A stretch of 64,000 nt of DNA from assembly GCF_025210605.1 (NCBI RefSeq), contig NZ_JAOARI010000004.1:29189-93188 (forward strand), read 5' to 3'. Positions within the stretch are counted from its first letter, which is position 1; each line of letters opens with the position of its first letter. The stretch comes from Halodesulfovibrio sp. (GTDB lineage: Bacteria > Desulfobacterota > Desulfovibrionia > Desulfovibrionales > Desulfovibrionaceae). This document shows, piece after piece, positions 27,822-37,242 of the stretch. The position numbers and the translations under genes were made by a program. Under the pieces are notes generated by a model. The model saw nothing but the letters and a program-made list of their open reading frames with translations, was not told the DNA's origin and made no database searches.

Positions 27822-28847
27822 CTAGTTTTTGTAAGACTCTTTAATACCGTTGAGGAGCTCAGGAGTAAGGTTCTTTTCGAGACGTGGCCATGCTTTTGCG
27901 CGAACATAGTCTGCCATCTGCTCAAGTTCCTGAGTGGTGAACATAATTACTTTGATACCTTCTTCTGCAAGCTTTTTGCGGTACATTTCGTCTTCGCTTT
28001 CAGCCATGAGGAAGGAGTTCTGAGACTCGTCACCGAATGCAGATTCAATAATTTTCTGATCTTCTGCGGACATACCTGCGAAGAGGCGTTTGTTCATAAC
28101 GTACTGAGTGGACTCAAAGTTTACGTTGTACTGGTAGTACTCTTTAATTACGTCGCGGAAACCGAGGTAGTTAAGGTTAGGAGGACCACCGAGCCAGCCG
28201 TCAACAACGCCAGTCTGCAATGCAGAGTAGGTATCGGTGTAAGGGAGGGAAGATGTACGGAAGCCAAGCTCTTCTGCGCCAAATTTAAATACGTCAAGAC
28301 CAGGTACGCGGATCATAAAGCCTTTTTCAACGCCTGGTTTGTTAGCGTTCTGAAGCGGCTTAACAGTACCTACGCCGATGAAACCTTCACCGTAGTAGCC
28401 GAGGAATTTAACGCCGAGTGCATCGTGCATTTTAGCCATTTCTTTAGGCAGGAATGCGTTTCTATCGTATACTTTACGTGCCTGCTCGTAGTCGCGGGCA
28501 ATAAATGGAAGGAAGCCAACACCAAGACGTGCGTCGAACTGATCCGGCACGGTGATGTGTGCAATATCAATGGAACCACGAATTACTTCTTCGTAAAGCT
28601 GGCTTGCATCGCCAAGCTGGTTAGCAGGGTAGATTTTAATTTCTACACGACCGTTTGTTTCTTTTTCGATACGCGCTTTAATGCGTTCGGCAGACTTGTG
28701 AGCCATGTGCTCGGTTGGATGCTGTGTAGCAAGGCTGAGAATAACTTTTCCATTCTTTTTCATAACTGCCTGAGCGTCGCCGTTGATGCCAACGGTAAGC
28801 CCGAATGCAAATGCAAAACAAAGCATAAGTGCAACGATACGTTTCAT
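27822..28847 (-). CDS. dctP: TRAP transporter periplasmic solute-binding protein
   Basis: 341 aa with a signal peptide (MKRIVALMLCFAFAFGLTVG). DctP-like body with the P.NLNYLGF.. region. RBS AGGAG. Confidence 0.9.
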   Translation of the reverse strand: MKRIVALMLCFAFAFGLTVGINGDAQAVMKKNGKVILSLATQHPTEHMAHKSAERIKARIEKETNGRVEIKIYPANQLGDASQLYEEVIRGSIDIAHITVPDQFDARLGVGFLPFIARDYEQARKVYDRNAFLPKEMAKMHDALGVKFLGYYGEGFIGVGTVKPLQNANKPGVEKGFMIRVPGLDVFKFGAEELGFRTSSLPYTDTYSALQTGVVDGWLGGPPNLNYLGFRDVIKEYYQYNVNFESTQYVMNKRLFAGMSAEDQKIIESAFGDESQNSFLMAESEDEMYRKKLAEEGIKVIMFTTQELEQMADYVRAKAWPRLEKNLTPELLNGIKESYKN

Positions 28848-28934
28848 TACAGTAACTCCTAAAAAAAATTATCTGACTTCGGAAAACTCCGGTTTCCTTC
28901 TTCCTCCGAGCATTGCTGCTCACGGCTCTCCTAA

Positions 28935-28950
28935 TGCTTTTACTGTGCCA
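28935..28950 (-). promoter_or_regulatory. Sigma-54 (-24/-12) promoter of the dctPQM-sdaA operon
   Basis: The minus strand reads TGGCAC-AGTAA-AAGCA, with exact GG-N10-GC spacing. It lies about 85-100 nt upstream of the dctP ATG. Confidence 0.75.
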
Positions 28951-29045
28951 CATGTGAAAAAAAATACATTTTTCAAACAGTTATTGAAAAATGTATCAAA
29001 TTTGCTTTGAAAAGCTGCATAAAAAAGCATTCTTGAATGTTCAGT

Positions 29046-29087
29046 AAAACGGGACAGCGCTCCAGACTGTTCACAAAAACGGGACAG
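29046..29087. promoter_or_regulatory. Two direct repeats AAAACGGGACAG spaced 30 bp apart: candidate enhancer (UAS) for the NtrC-type regulator
   Basis: The repeats lie at 29046..29057 and 29076..29087, about 100-140 bp upstream of the sigma-54 promoter on the transcribed (minus) side. Confidence 0.45.
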
Positions 29088-29553
29088 TTTGTTCTCTGTT
29101 TTGTTTTAGTTGTCACAACATCTTGTTTTATTTGAATATACTTGTGTTTCGAAAAAGAAGACAGCGGTGGCATAGCTACATCCAAATTTCGTTGTTACGG
29201 AAGGAAAATATTATGCAACTATTCAACTTTTTCCTGCTGGTAGTGAAGGGCAAGTCGAAAAAAGGTAGGCTATGTAAGGACTGTTCTACAATTTTATGGC
29301 AGCAATAAGTGATGTTATATGTTGGTTGGTTAATCAATTAGAATGTTTCGTAAAAATGAACATGGCTAACGTTAATATGCTGCTTAGTGATGGGGGTGAT
29401 AACCACTTTCGTTATAGGCTGCTTCCAAAAAGCAAAATTCTTTCTACATACAATATAGAAAGAACTCTCATGATAGGTGCTGGAGTTTCTCAATATACCT
29501 ACGTGAACGACAGGAACACTAAAGCATCTGTTGTAGTATGACAGCTGATTGCT

Positions 29554-30999
29554 TTATCTTGAAATATTATGCTCTTTCATAAGGACGTATAGGCGGGTGC
29601 GGGAAAGACCGGAAAGCTTGCACGCTTCTTTAATAGAGCCTTGTGCTTCGCGGATAAGGTTTTCGAGATAGACTTGCTCTATCTGCGCGATACAGGTGGT
29701 TCTGAACGTCTTGAATGACGGGAATTCATCATTAAAGAGGGATGACAGAATTGAAGCAGGAACTGGTTCAAAAATATTGGTGTCATCTTTGGTCTCAGCA
29801 ATTGGTTGTTCTTCCTGCGGGCGAAGCATTTTACCGGCAGCGCGGGCGCGAATATCGACAGGCAGATGTTCTGGATAGAGTGTTGGTTCACCTTTTGCAC
29901 GCATTATAGTGCGTTCAAGGGTCTGCACTAGTTCACGAACATTGCCCGGCCAGTCGTAGTGCATAAGCATTGTGACGAATTCGTCGGACAGCATTTTGGT
30001 AGACGAATCGTATTTGCTGCAAAGGCGTTTCGTATGAAATTCAGCGAGGGCAGGTATATCTTCAAGCCGATTGCGTAGTGGAGGCAATTCCATGGAACAG
30101 GATTTGAGCCGATAGTACAGGTCGGTTCTAAATGTTCCCTCTTCGCACATTTTTTCAAGATTACGGTTTGTTGCGGCGACTAACCGGAAATTACTTGTCT
30201 TTTCGGATGTGGAACCAATGGGGCGGTAGCGTTTTTCTTGCAACACACGCAAGAACGCTGATTGTGTTGGCAGGGGCAGTTCGCCGACTTCATCTAAAAA
30301 TAGTGTGCCTTGGTCAGCTTGTTCGATAACACCTTTTTGCGATGTGGTTGCGCCAGTGAAAGAGCCTTTGATGTGCCCGAAGAGTTCGCCTTCAACCAGA
30401 TTTTCAGGAATAGATGCACAGTCGAGAACTACAAACGGTCCCTCAGCTCTATTGCTGTTTTCATGAACGGTACGGGCTACAACTTCTTTGCCAGTTCCGG
30501 TTTCACCAGTAATGAGAACACTGGCGTCACCTGTGGCAGCAACTGAAAGGTTTTCGAGAACTGAATGTAAGGCTGGACTTTCTCCGATGAGAGAATCGCG
30601 TTTTATTATTCGTTCAGACCACTCTTTATTACGTTCTCTAAATTTAAGGGCGCGTTCCATTGAAAAGGTAATTTGTTTAAGACTGCTTCCTTTTTCAATG
30701 TAGTCCCAAGCACCGTTCTGGATAGCAAGCTCAGCCCCGTCTGGGTCGCCTGCTCCTGTTATAATGATAACGTCTGGTTGTCCTTTGGAAGAGCGGATAT
30801 TCGGCAGCGCTTTTAATCCGCTGCCATCAGGAAGTCGAACATCAAGAAAGACCAGATCAAATGGCGCACTTTGAAGAAGTGCTAATCCATCAGTTAAATT
30901 GCTGACGGCAGCAGGCTGGTATCCGCAATCTTCAGCCAGTTGGGATATGATGTTGGAAATATTGGGGTCATCATCAATGATCAAAATTCGAAACATCAT
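29554..30999 (-). CDS. Sigma-54-dependent response regulator (NtrC family: REC, AAA+, Fis-type HTH)
   Basis: 481 aa. Contains ILIIDDD...DLVFLDVRLPDGSG, GETGTGKE, GSFTGA, ELPLPTQSAFLRVLQE and C-terminal ACKLSGLSRTRLYVLMKEH. Confidence 0.92.
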   Translation of the reverse strand: MMFRILIIDDDPNISNIISQLAEDCGYQPAAVSNLTDGLALLQSAPFDLVFLDVRLPDGSGLKALPNIRSSKGQPDVIIITGAGDPDGAELAIQNGAWDYIEKGSSLKQITFSMERALKFRERNKEWSERIIKRDSLIGESPALHSVLENLSVAATGDASVLITGETGTGKEVVARTVHENSNRAEGPFVVLDCASIPENLVEGELFGHIKGSFTGATTSQKGVIEQADQGTLFLDEVGELPLPTQSAFLRVLQEKRYRPIGSTSEKTSNFRLVAATNRNLEKMCEEGTFRTDLYYRLKSCSMELPPLRNRLEDIPALAEFHTKRLCSKYDSSTKMLSDEFVTMLMHYDWPGNVRELVQTLERTIMRAKGEPTLYPEHLPVDIRARAAGKMLRPQEEQPIAETKDDTNIFEPVPASILSSLFNDEFPSFKTFRTTCIAQIEQVYLENLIREAQGSIKEACKLSGLSRTRLYVLMKEHNISR

Positions 31000-31425
31000 A
31001 GCTCCAGCTTTTTTGCTCTGTTAACTGCACACAGCAGGCATTAAAAATACGAAACGCAGTCTGTACTAACTAAGCTTCTATATTGAATAAATACTTAGTA
31101 GACGCAAAAGTTAGTAAACGAGAGTGCTACATTAATCAAGCTGAGTGAAAATAATACGTCTGACAACATAACTGGTTAAAACCAATAAACAACGCGGATG
31201 AGGAACAAAGCAGTGGGCGGCGATGCTATAAAGGGTGGTGTACTGCGTGTGTATGAGTAACTATCATCCACTTCAGGTTTTTTTCATGTATTGCATCACC
31301 AGCATTGCTGTAAGTTCTCTATGAGAATGCTGTAAATATTTTTAGAAGTCGTACTGTATTTTTCTATAGAAGCAATATAGAACGTTAGTATCAACACAAG
31401 CAACCTTTATACAAAATATATTGTC

Positions 31426-33927
31426 ATGATTAGCGAACTATTCTTTTCTTTGCGTAGATCAAACCCAGCGTATCTGGTGTTATTTTTGTTGTTGGCGTTG
31501 TGTGCCACTCTTCCTATCTATTTGTATTTTTATGAGAATACTCGTTTGACAGATCCGCTGTCGGACACAGAGAGAGCTTGGCTTGCGGATTTAAAGCATC
31601 CCATCGTGCTGGCAGTGACACCGGACACGAGACCTTTGGAGTATGTCGACGCACAGGGTGAGTATCATGGCATGGTTGCCGATTATATGCACCGTGTTGC
31701 AGCTGACCTTGATATAGAATTTACAGTGGTTGAGCCTGCAAATATGCAGGAATTGATGCGACTTGTTGAAGAGCGAAAAGTAGATGTGATTGCTGCTTTT
31801 GCAGGTAATCCTGCGAATACGGACTATATGCTGTTTACGAATCCGTACTTGGAGTTATCCACTGCAATTCTGGCAAATAGAAGTGAAAAAGATCCGCTGA
31901 CTCTTTCTGTCATGGCAGAGAAAAAAATGGAGCTTGCGCTGCCCAAAAGCTACGATGTCCTTTCATATGTAGCTAAGTTTTATCCAAGTGTTCATGTCCA
32001 GACCACCTATAATTACCTTGCTGCGTTACTGCACGTTTCGTTTAATGAAATTGATGCAACTATTATTTCACTTCCGCAGGCTAGCTATTTTATTGAAGAA
32101 AAAGGAATCACGAATTTACGTGTGGCAGGATATACTGATTATCGTCTGTATTACCGTATGGGAGTGCGATCAGATATGCCGATTCTGGCGGATATTCTGC
32201 AAAAAGCTTTGGACAGTATTACGCCTGTTGAGCGCGAACGTATTCTTAAACGTTGGGTTCATTTGCAACAAGACTACCTCTCTGCATTCTTTTCTAACCG
32301 CTTCATATGGTACATTCTTGTCAGTATAGCTTCTTTCACGTTGCTTGCGTTTTCTGGAATTATCTTCTGGAACAGGACACTGCAATTGCGGGTAAATGAG
32401 CGCACGAAAGAACTTAAGCGGGAACTCAAAGACAGGACGCGTTTTCTTGCGGCGCTGGATCAGGCGGAAGATGGCATATTTATTTTAGATACTGACGGTT
32501 TTCTTGAATACGTCAACGCGTCGTTACTGAACCTGACATTGTATTCTGAAGAAGAAATGCTTGGACAGCATATATCCATGCTTCGTGCTGCAAAGCACCC
32601 GCAAGAGTTTTTTGAAAACTTATGGGGTGTCTTGCGTAGCGGCGGGGTATGGCGCGGTGAGACAATCTACGTAAAGAAAAACGGTGAGCATATTGCTGCG
32701 GAAGTAACCGCAACCCCTGTATTTGATGATAACGGATCACTCATAAATGTTATTGAGCTAATTCGAGATGTTACGGAAAAGCGTAAGATGGAAGAGCACC
32801 TGAAGCAGAGCCAGAAGCTCGAAGAATTGGGTACGCTTGCTGGTGGCATTGCACACGATTTTAATAATATTATTGCGGCAATATCCGGCTATGCAGAACT
32901 GGCGCTACCTGCGGCAGAACAAGGCAGTCGGGTTCGAACCAACTTGGAGCGTATCCAGAAAGTGGCAGAACGCGCGCGTGCAATGGTTCATCAAATATTG
33001 GTATTTTCACGCCGTAGAAAGCCTGAGCGAGTACTCGTAAACGTATCATTAATGGTGGAAGAAGTGTTGCAGCTGCTGCGGTCTTCTTTGCCTTCAACAA
33101 TTGAAATAACAAGCGTGCTTGCTGATGACTGCACCGTTATGGCGGATGCGAGTCAGCTGCATCAGGTTGTGATGAATCTGGGAACAAATGCCGGATACGC
33201 AATGCGGACTGAAGGCGGCACGTTGCATCTTAGTACCTCAAAAGTCATGCTTAATGCAGAGGATGCACGTCTTAGCGGGTTATCTGCCGGATGGTATGTG
33301 TCACTGATTGTGGAGGATACCGGTGAAGGTATCTCCGAGCAGAATGTGCGTCGTATTTTTGATCCGTTTTTTACTACAAAGCCTAAAGGTGAAGGCACTG
33401 GCATGGGGCTTTCCATGGTGCATGGTATAATAACCAGTATGCGTGGACATATTGCAGTGGAAAGCACAGAGGGAGATGGAACCCGTTTTATTATTCTTTT
33501 ACCGTACAGCAAGGGCGAACAGGCGGATAAAGCCGGTAATGGCGGGTCGTTAATGGATGGTCGCGGGCGTGTTATGCTGGTGGATGATGAGCACGATCTT
33601 GTGCACGTTTACACTGCTGCTTTGGAGGATTTGGGGTACGATGTTGAAGCGTTTAATGATCCTTCTGAAGCGTTGAAGGCATTTCGTGCTGCTCCTGACC
33701 ATTTCGACATCGTGATTACAGACCAAACTATGCCGAAGTTAACTGGGGATAAGCTTGCCGCAGCTATTCATGCTATACGCCCTGAAGTTCCAATTGTGCT
33801 GTGCTCTGGATACTCAGATGCCATTGATTCCATCACAGAAGGAACAAGCGGAATTCGCAAAGTGTTGCTTAAGCCGTTTGAACTACGAGAACTTGCCAGA
33901 AGCGTACAGCTACTTGTTCGGCGGTAG
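31426..33927 (+). CDS. Hybrid sensor histidine kinase (periplasmic SBP_bac_3-like domain, TM, PAS, HisKA, HATPase_c, REC)
   Basis: 833 aa. The periplasmic part resembles an amino-acid-binding protein (PLEYVDAQGEYHGMVADYMHRVAADLDIEF). PAS region follows, then H-box GGIAHDFNNII, then DTGEGI and GTGMGL. The C-terminal receiver reads VMLVDDE...DIVITDQTMPKLTG. Confidence 0.9.
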   Translation: MISELFFSLRRSNPAYLVLFLLLALCATLPIYLYFYENTRLTDPLSDTERAWLADLKHPIVLAVTPDTRPLEYVDAQGEYHGMVADYMHRVAADLDIEFTVVEPANMQELMRLVEERKVDVIAAFAGNPANTDYMLFTNPYLELSTAILANRSEKDPLTLSVMAEKKMELALPKSYDVLSYVAKFYPSVHVQTTYNYLAALLHVSFNEIDATIISLPQASYFIEEKGITNLRVAGYTDYRLYYRMGVRSDMPILADILQKALDSITPVERERILKRWVHLQQDYLSAFFSNRFIWYILVSIASFTLLAFSGIIFWNRTLQLRVNERTKELKRELKDRTRFLAALDQAEDGIFILDTDGFLEYVNASLLNLTLYSEEEMLGQHISMLRAAKHPQEFFENLWGVLRSGGVWRGETIYVKKNGEHIAAEVTATPVFDDNGSLINVIELIRDVTEKRKMEEHLKQSQKLEELGTLAGGIAHDFNNIIAAISGYAELALPAAEQGSRVRTNLERIQKVAERARAMVHQILVFSRRRKPERVLVNVSLMVEEVLQLLRSSLPSTIEITSVLADDCTVMADASQLHQVVMNLGTNAGYAMRTEGGTLHLSTSKVMLNAEDARLSGLSAGWYVSLIVEDTGEGISEQNVRRIFDPFFTTKPKGEGTGMGLSMVHGIITSMRGHIAVESTEGDGTRFIILLPYSKGEQADKAGNGGSLMDGRGRVMLVDDEHDLVHVYTAALEDLGYDVEAFNDPSEALKAFRAAPDHFDIVITDQTMPKLTGDKLAAAIHAIRPEVPIVLCSGYSDAIDSITEGTSGIRKVLLKPFELRELARSVQLLVRR

Positions 33928-34027
33928 GGTGGCAGTAACTGTAGGTGGAAGAAAAAAGTATCGCTGCTGTATGGCTCCTGTGGTATCGTCAAAGTAAAGT
34001 AACGAACCCGAGTAGACAGGAGAAGAG

Positions 34028-34879
34028 ATGCACACCCTTGTTTTTGATGTCTACGGAACACTGGTAGACCCTACAGACGTCACAGTCCTGCTGGAATCAC
34101 GTCTTGGCGAAAATGCAGTCCATTTTGCAAATCAATGGCGTAAAAAGCAGCTTGAATATTCGTACAGAATGGGGCTTATGCGTTGGTATCAGCCGTTTTC
34201 TCAATGCTCAAAGTATGCCTTTGAATATACATGCGAAGAGTTCGGGGTATCATTTACTGATGAGGAAAAGAAGGCACTTTTTCTGCGCAGCCTGTCTCTT
34301 CCTGCGTATGATGATGCAGAAGAGGCTCTGAAAAAGTTTTCGCAGACAGATGCAGGGCGTTTTGCTTTTAGCAATGGTGTGGCTGAAGACGTTGAAGCTG
34401 TGCTGACTTATTCGAATCTCCGTCCATATTTACAAGAGGTCGTGAGTGTTGATGCCATTAAAATATTCAAACCGTCACGGATTGCATATGGGTACCTGCT
34501 CGAACGCATTGCTTTGTACAATAATCCCAATGCCGAGGAACCCACCCACAATATACAGAAAGAATCTACCCAGCTTGATATGGATTTTGGAACGTCTCGT
34601 TGTCTTCATTACGTCGAATCAGGACTGGATGAACAGGAGCAGGAGGCAGTTATTAAAAAGCCTGCTTATGCTATGCAAGATGCTTCGTGCGTCTGGCTCA
34701 TTTCTTCAAATCCGTTTGATGTAATAGGCGCAAAGGTTGCCGGATTGCAGGCAGTATGGATTAAACGTTCTCCAACCTCGGTATTTGATCCGTGGGGAGT
34801 GGAACCTACGCTGACTGTCGCAACGCTCACTGAATTGTATGATGTTTTACGATACCGAAATGTCCTTACCCTTATATAA
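34028..34879 (+). CDS. HAD-superfamily hydrolase, haloacid dehalogenase type II-like, with internal insertion
   Basis: 283 aa. Motif I is VFDVYGTLVD. Late motifs WLISSNPFDVIGAKVAGL. About 50 extra residues precede the final motifs. Confidence 0.65.
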   Translation: MHTLVFDVYGTLVDPTDVTVLLESRLGENAVHFANQWRKKQLEYSYRMGLMRWYQPFSQCSKYAFEYTCEEFGVSFTDEEKKALFLRSLSLPAYDDAEEALKKFSQTDAGRFAFSNGVAEDVEAVLTYSNLRPYLQEVVSVDAIKIFKPSRIAYGYLLERIALYNNPNAEEPTHNIQKESTQLDMDFGTSRCLHYVESGLDEQEQEAVIKKPAYAMQDASCVWLISSNPFDVIGAKVAGLQAVWIKRSPTSVFDPWGVEPTLTVATLTELYDVLRYRNVLTLI

Positions 34880-34907
34880 CGAGTGTCATCTACAGGGAGG
34901 AATCGAC

Positions 34908-35558
34908 ATGGCTGGAACATTAGCAGAACAACTGACCGCACAGCGTGAAGAGTTTAAACGAGTAGCTCCACAGTCTACGCAGGAAGTCATGCAGGACTCC
35001 GCGAACAGGCTAAAAGAATCTGGAATAATGGATACTGCCAGACATGCCGGTGACCATGCCCCTGATTTTGTGTTGAAAAATGTACATGGGCACGACGTAA
35101 ATTTTGCCTCACTCCGGAAAAATAAACGAGTGGTTATTTGTTTTTATAGAGGCGGATGGTGACCGTATTGCAACCTTCAGTTGAAGGCTTTGCGTGACGT
35201 GCAAAAAGATATTGAAGCTCGGAATGCGACATTAATCGCTATTTCGCCGGAATTGCCTGACAATTCGTTATCTGAAGAAGATAAAAAATTGATTCCATTT
35301 GAAGTGTTGACTGATCCTGACAACAGGGTTGCGCGCCAGTTTGGACTTGTATTTACTTTGGATGAGAAATTACGCGAAGTGTACAAAGGATTTTCAATCG
35401 ATCTTGAAAAAGCCAATGGGAATGGAAAATGGGAACTGCCGGTTCCTGCTGTTTATGTTGTAAATACGGATGGAACTATTCTCTACGATTTTCTTGATAC
35501 TGACTATACCGTACGGCTTGAGCCTTCAGAAATTTTACGGATTCTGGATTCAATATAA
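34908..35558 (+). CDS. Peroxiredoxin-like (AhpC/TSA thioredoxin-fold) protein with in-frame UGA at 35160..35162 read as selenocysteine (U-P-Y-C)
   Basis: ATG at 34908, after AGGGAGG. ORFs 34839..35162 and 35181..35558 are in the same frame and are separated only by TGA. The joined sequence reads RVVICFYRGGW-U-PYCNLQLKAL, the WCPxC redox motif. A SECIS-like hairpin follows. Confidence 0.75.
35170..35193 (+). promoter_or_regulatory. Candidate bacterial SECIS hairpin
   Basis: GCAA-CCUUC-AGUU-GAAGG-(CU bulge)-UUGC begins 7 nt after the UGA. The apical loop contains GU about 20 nt from the UGA. Confidence 0.55.
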
Positions 35559-35572
35559 CTAGGAAAGCGTAA

Positions 35573-35607
35573 TAAGCCCGCCTGTACTGCGTATAGGCGG
35601 GCTTTGA
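35573..35607. terminator. Hairpin between convergent genes (weak U-tracts)
   Basis: AGCCCGCCT-(12 nt)-AGGCGGGCT. Confidence 0.55.
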
Positions 35608-35633
35608 CATGCTAGGCGTGTTTCTTTTGTAAG

Positions 35634-37217
35634 CTAGTGTTTTTTGCCGAATGCAATATTGAGCTTACGCATTCTGTGGCGCAGGGTGGAAGGGTTTATT
35701 CCCAGCAGTTGTGCTGCGCCGTCAGTTCCTTCAATTTTGCCATTGCAATGAGCTAATGTTTTTTCAATGTAGAGACGCATAACTTCGTCCAGCGTCGGAA
35801 ACGTATTGCCAGTATCAACTGGTGGCAGTCGAGTTGCGGCGGATGCTGTTTCGGCAGGAGCAACCTCCACAAGTGGATATGTTGTGGTATTCGTTTCCGA
35901 AGGCTCGTTAAGAGACGAAAAAGTCAGCACTTTCCCTTGTCCCAGAATAAGCTGCCGTTCGATTATATTATGCATTTCGCGTACGTTTCCCGGCCAGCTG
36001 TATGCATGCAAGTTGTCAATTCCTTCTGCTGTAACAGGGGGTTGTGGAATGCCCAGTCGTTCGGAACATGTTTTCAAAAAGTGCGCAAGAAGCATCGGGA
36101 TATCTGTCAAACGTTCGCGCAGCGGCGGGATTTCAACAGGGAACGTGCTGAGGCGGAACCATAGATCTTCACGGAATTTCCCTTCTTCTACCAGCTTTCT
36201 CAAGTCTCTATGTGTTGCGGTAACAATGCGGGCATCTACGGGGATTTCCACGTCGCCGCCAACACGCTCAATTTTTTTTTCTTGCAGAACACGCAGCAAT
36301 CGTACTTGAGCATCCAGCGGCAACTCTCCTATTTCATCAAGGAATAGTGTGCCACCGCAAGCGCGTTCAAATCTTCCTTTGCGCTGTTGTGTTGCTCCTG
36401 TAAAGGCACCTTTTTCATATCCAAATAATACGCTGTCGACGAGCGCTTCAGGTATTGCGCCGCAGTTGACTGTAATGAATGGTTTATCACGTCTTGGTGA
36501 CATGCGGTGCAACGCATTGGCAAGAACCTCCTTGCCGACTCCTGTTTCACCAAGAAGCATTACAGGTACATCTGTACCTGCAACCTGTGTGAGCATGTCC
36601 ATCGTGGCTTTTAACCCTGAATGTGCGCCGATAATTGTTTCACCAGCTTTTTTTGCAAGCTCGCGTTGCAGGAATTTATTGTCATCTTGTAGCTGGTCTT
36701 TGACCGCTTTCAGTTCGTCAAACCGTAATGCATTGACAAGGGCAATGGTCAAAGGTTCACTAAGAGAAGAGAGAAGGTCTATTTCTTCTTCTGTAAATGC
36801 ATATGGTCTGTCGCGTGTAACAGCGGCAGCACCCACAAATTCTCCTTCAATGCGCAGGTAACATATCATCCCTGAAAATACTTCAGTGGTTATTCGCTTG
36901 CTGACTTGTTTTGAAATTTCCTGATCTCTGGAGTTCGGGATGTATTCAAAAAGCATCTGCTCATCTTTAGCGCTTATCATAAAATCTTCATGAATTTCAT
37001 CGCTAATGATTAAATCAGGAATAAGACGCTGTTTACCTTTATACATTGAAATAATGTTATGTAGAATTTGCTTCTCGTCATCGTAGATTTCAAAGCTGAT
37101 TGTATCTACGGGCAATTCTTTCTCTAGGAATTGATTTAAATCCGTAATTGCCTTTTGCATATTGAGCGTGGAGCAAATTATTTTCGTAACACTTCTAAAA
37201 AAATCGTTTTTTTGCAT
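35634..37217 (-). CDS. Sigma-54-dependent transcriptional activator with N-terminal GAF-like sensor domain
   Basis: 527 aa. Contains GETGVGKE, GAFTGA, LFLDEIGELPLDAQVRLLRVLQE and C-terminal AAQLLGINPSTLRHRMRKL. It has no receiver domain. Confidence 0.9.
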   Translation of the reverse strand: MQKNDFFRSVTKIICSTLNMQKAITDLNQFLEKELPVDTISFEIYDDEKQILHNIISMYKGKQRLIPDLIISDEIHEDFMISAKDEQMLFEYIPNSRDQEISKQVSKRITTEVFSGMICYLRIEGEFVGAAAVTRDRPYAFTEEEIDLLSSLSEPLTIALVNALRFDELKAVKDQLQDDNKFLQRELAKKAGETIIGAHSGLKATMDMLTQVAGTDVPVMLLGETGVGKEVLANALHRMSPRRDKPFITVNCGAIPEALVDSVLFGYEKGAFTGATQQRKGRFERACGGTLFLDEIGELPLDAQVRLLRVLQEKKIERVGGDVEIPVDARIVTATHRDLRKLVEEGKFREDLWFRLSTFPVEIPPLRERLTDIPMLLAHFLKTCSERLGIPQPPVTAEGIDNLHAYSWPGNVREMHNIIERQLILGQGKVLTFSSLNEPSETNTTTYPLVEVAPAETASAATRLPPVDTGNTFPTLDEVMRLYIEKTLAHCNGKIEGTDGAAQLLGINPSTLRHRMRKLNIAFGKKH

Positions 37218-37242
37218 AAGAGCTTCCCCTCCTCCTATACCT

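Noticed and set aside
27780-28862. 360-aa plus-strand ORF spanning the whole of dctP on the opposite strand
   Set aside because: It is an exact mirror of a well-supported gene. Its composition is typical of antisense read-through (rich in F, V, C and N). It has no RBS and no recognisable motif. Such stop-free antisense frames arise from the codon bias of the real gene.
29123-29541. Two small plus-strand ORFs (61 and 81 aa) in the AT-rich gap between dctP and the response regulator
   Set aside because: They have no RBS at proper spacing and no motifs, and their AT-driven composition is odd. The region is better explained as the sigma-54 promoter and enhancer zone of the TRAP operon.
35181-35558. 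Treating the 125-aa ORF as an independent gene, and 34839..35162 as a truncated gene or pseudogene
   Set aside because: The second ORF would begin with TTG and has no RBS. The two halves are in frame and together make one thioredoxin-fold protein. The lone stop is TGA exactly at the CxxC first-Cys position, with a hairpin after it. Sec recoding explains everything more simply than a split gene.
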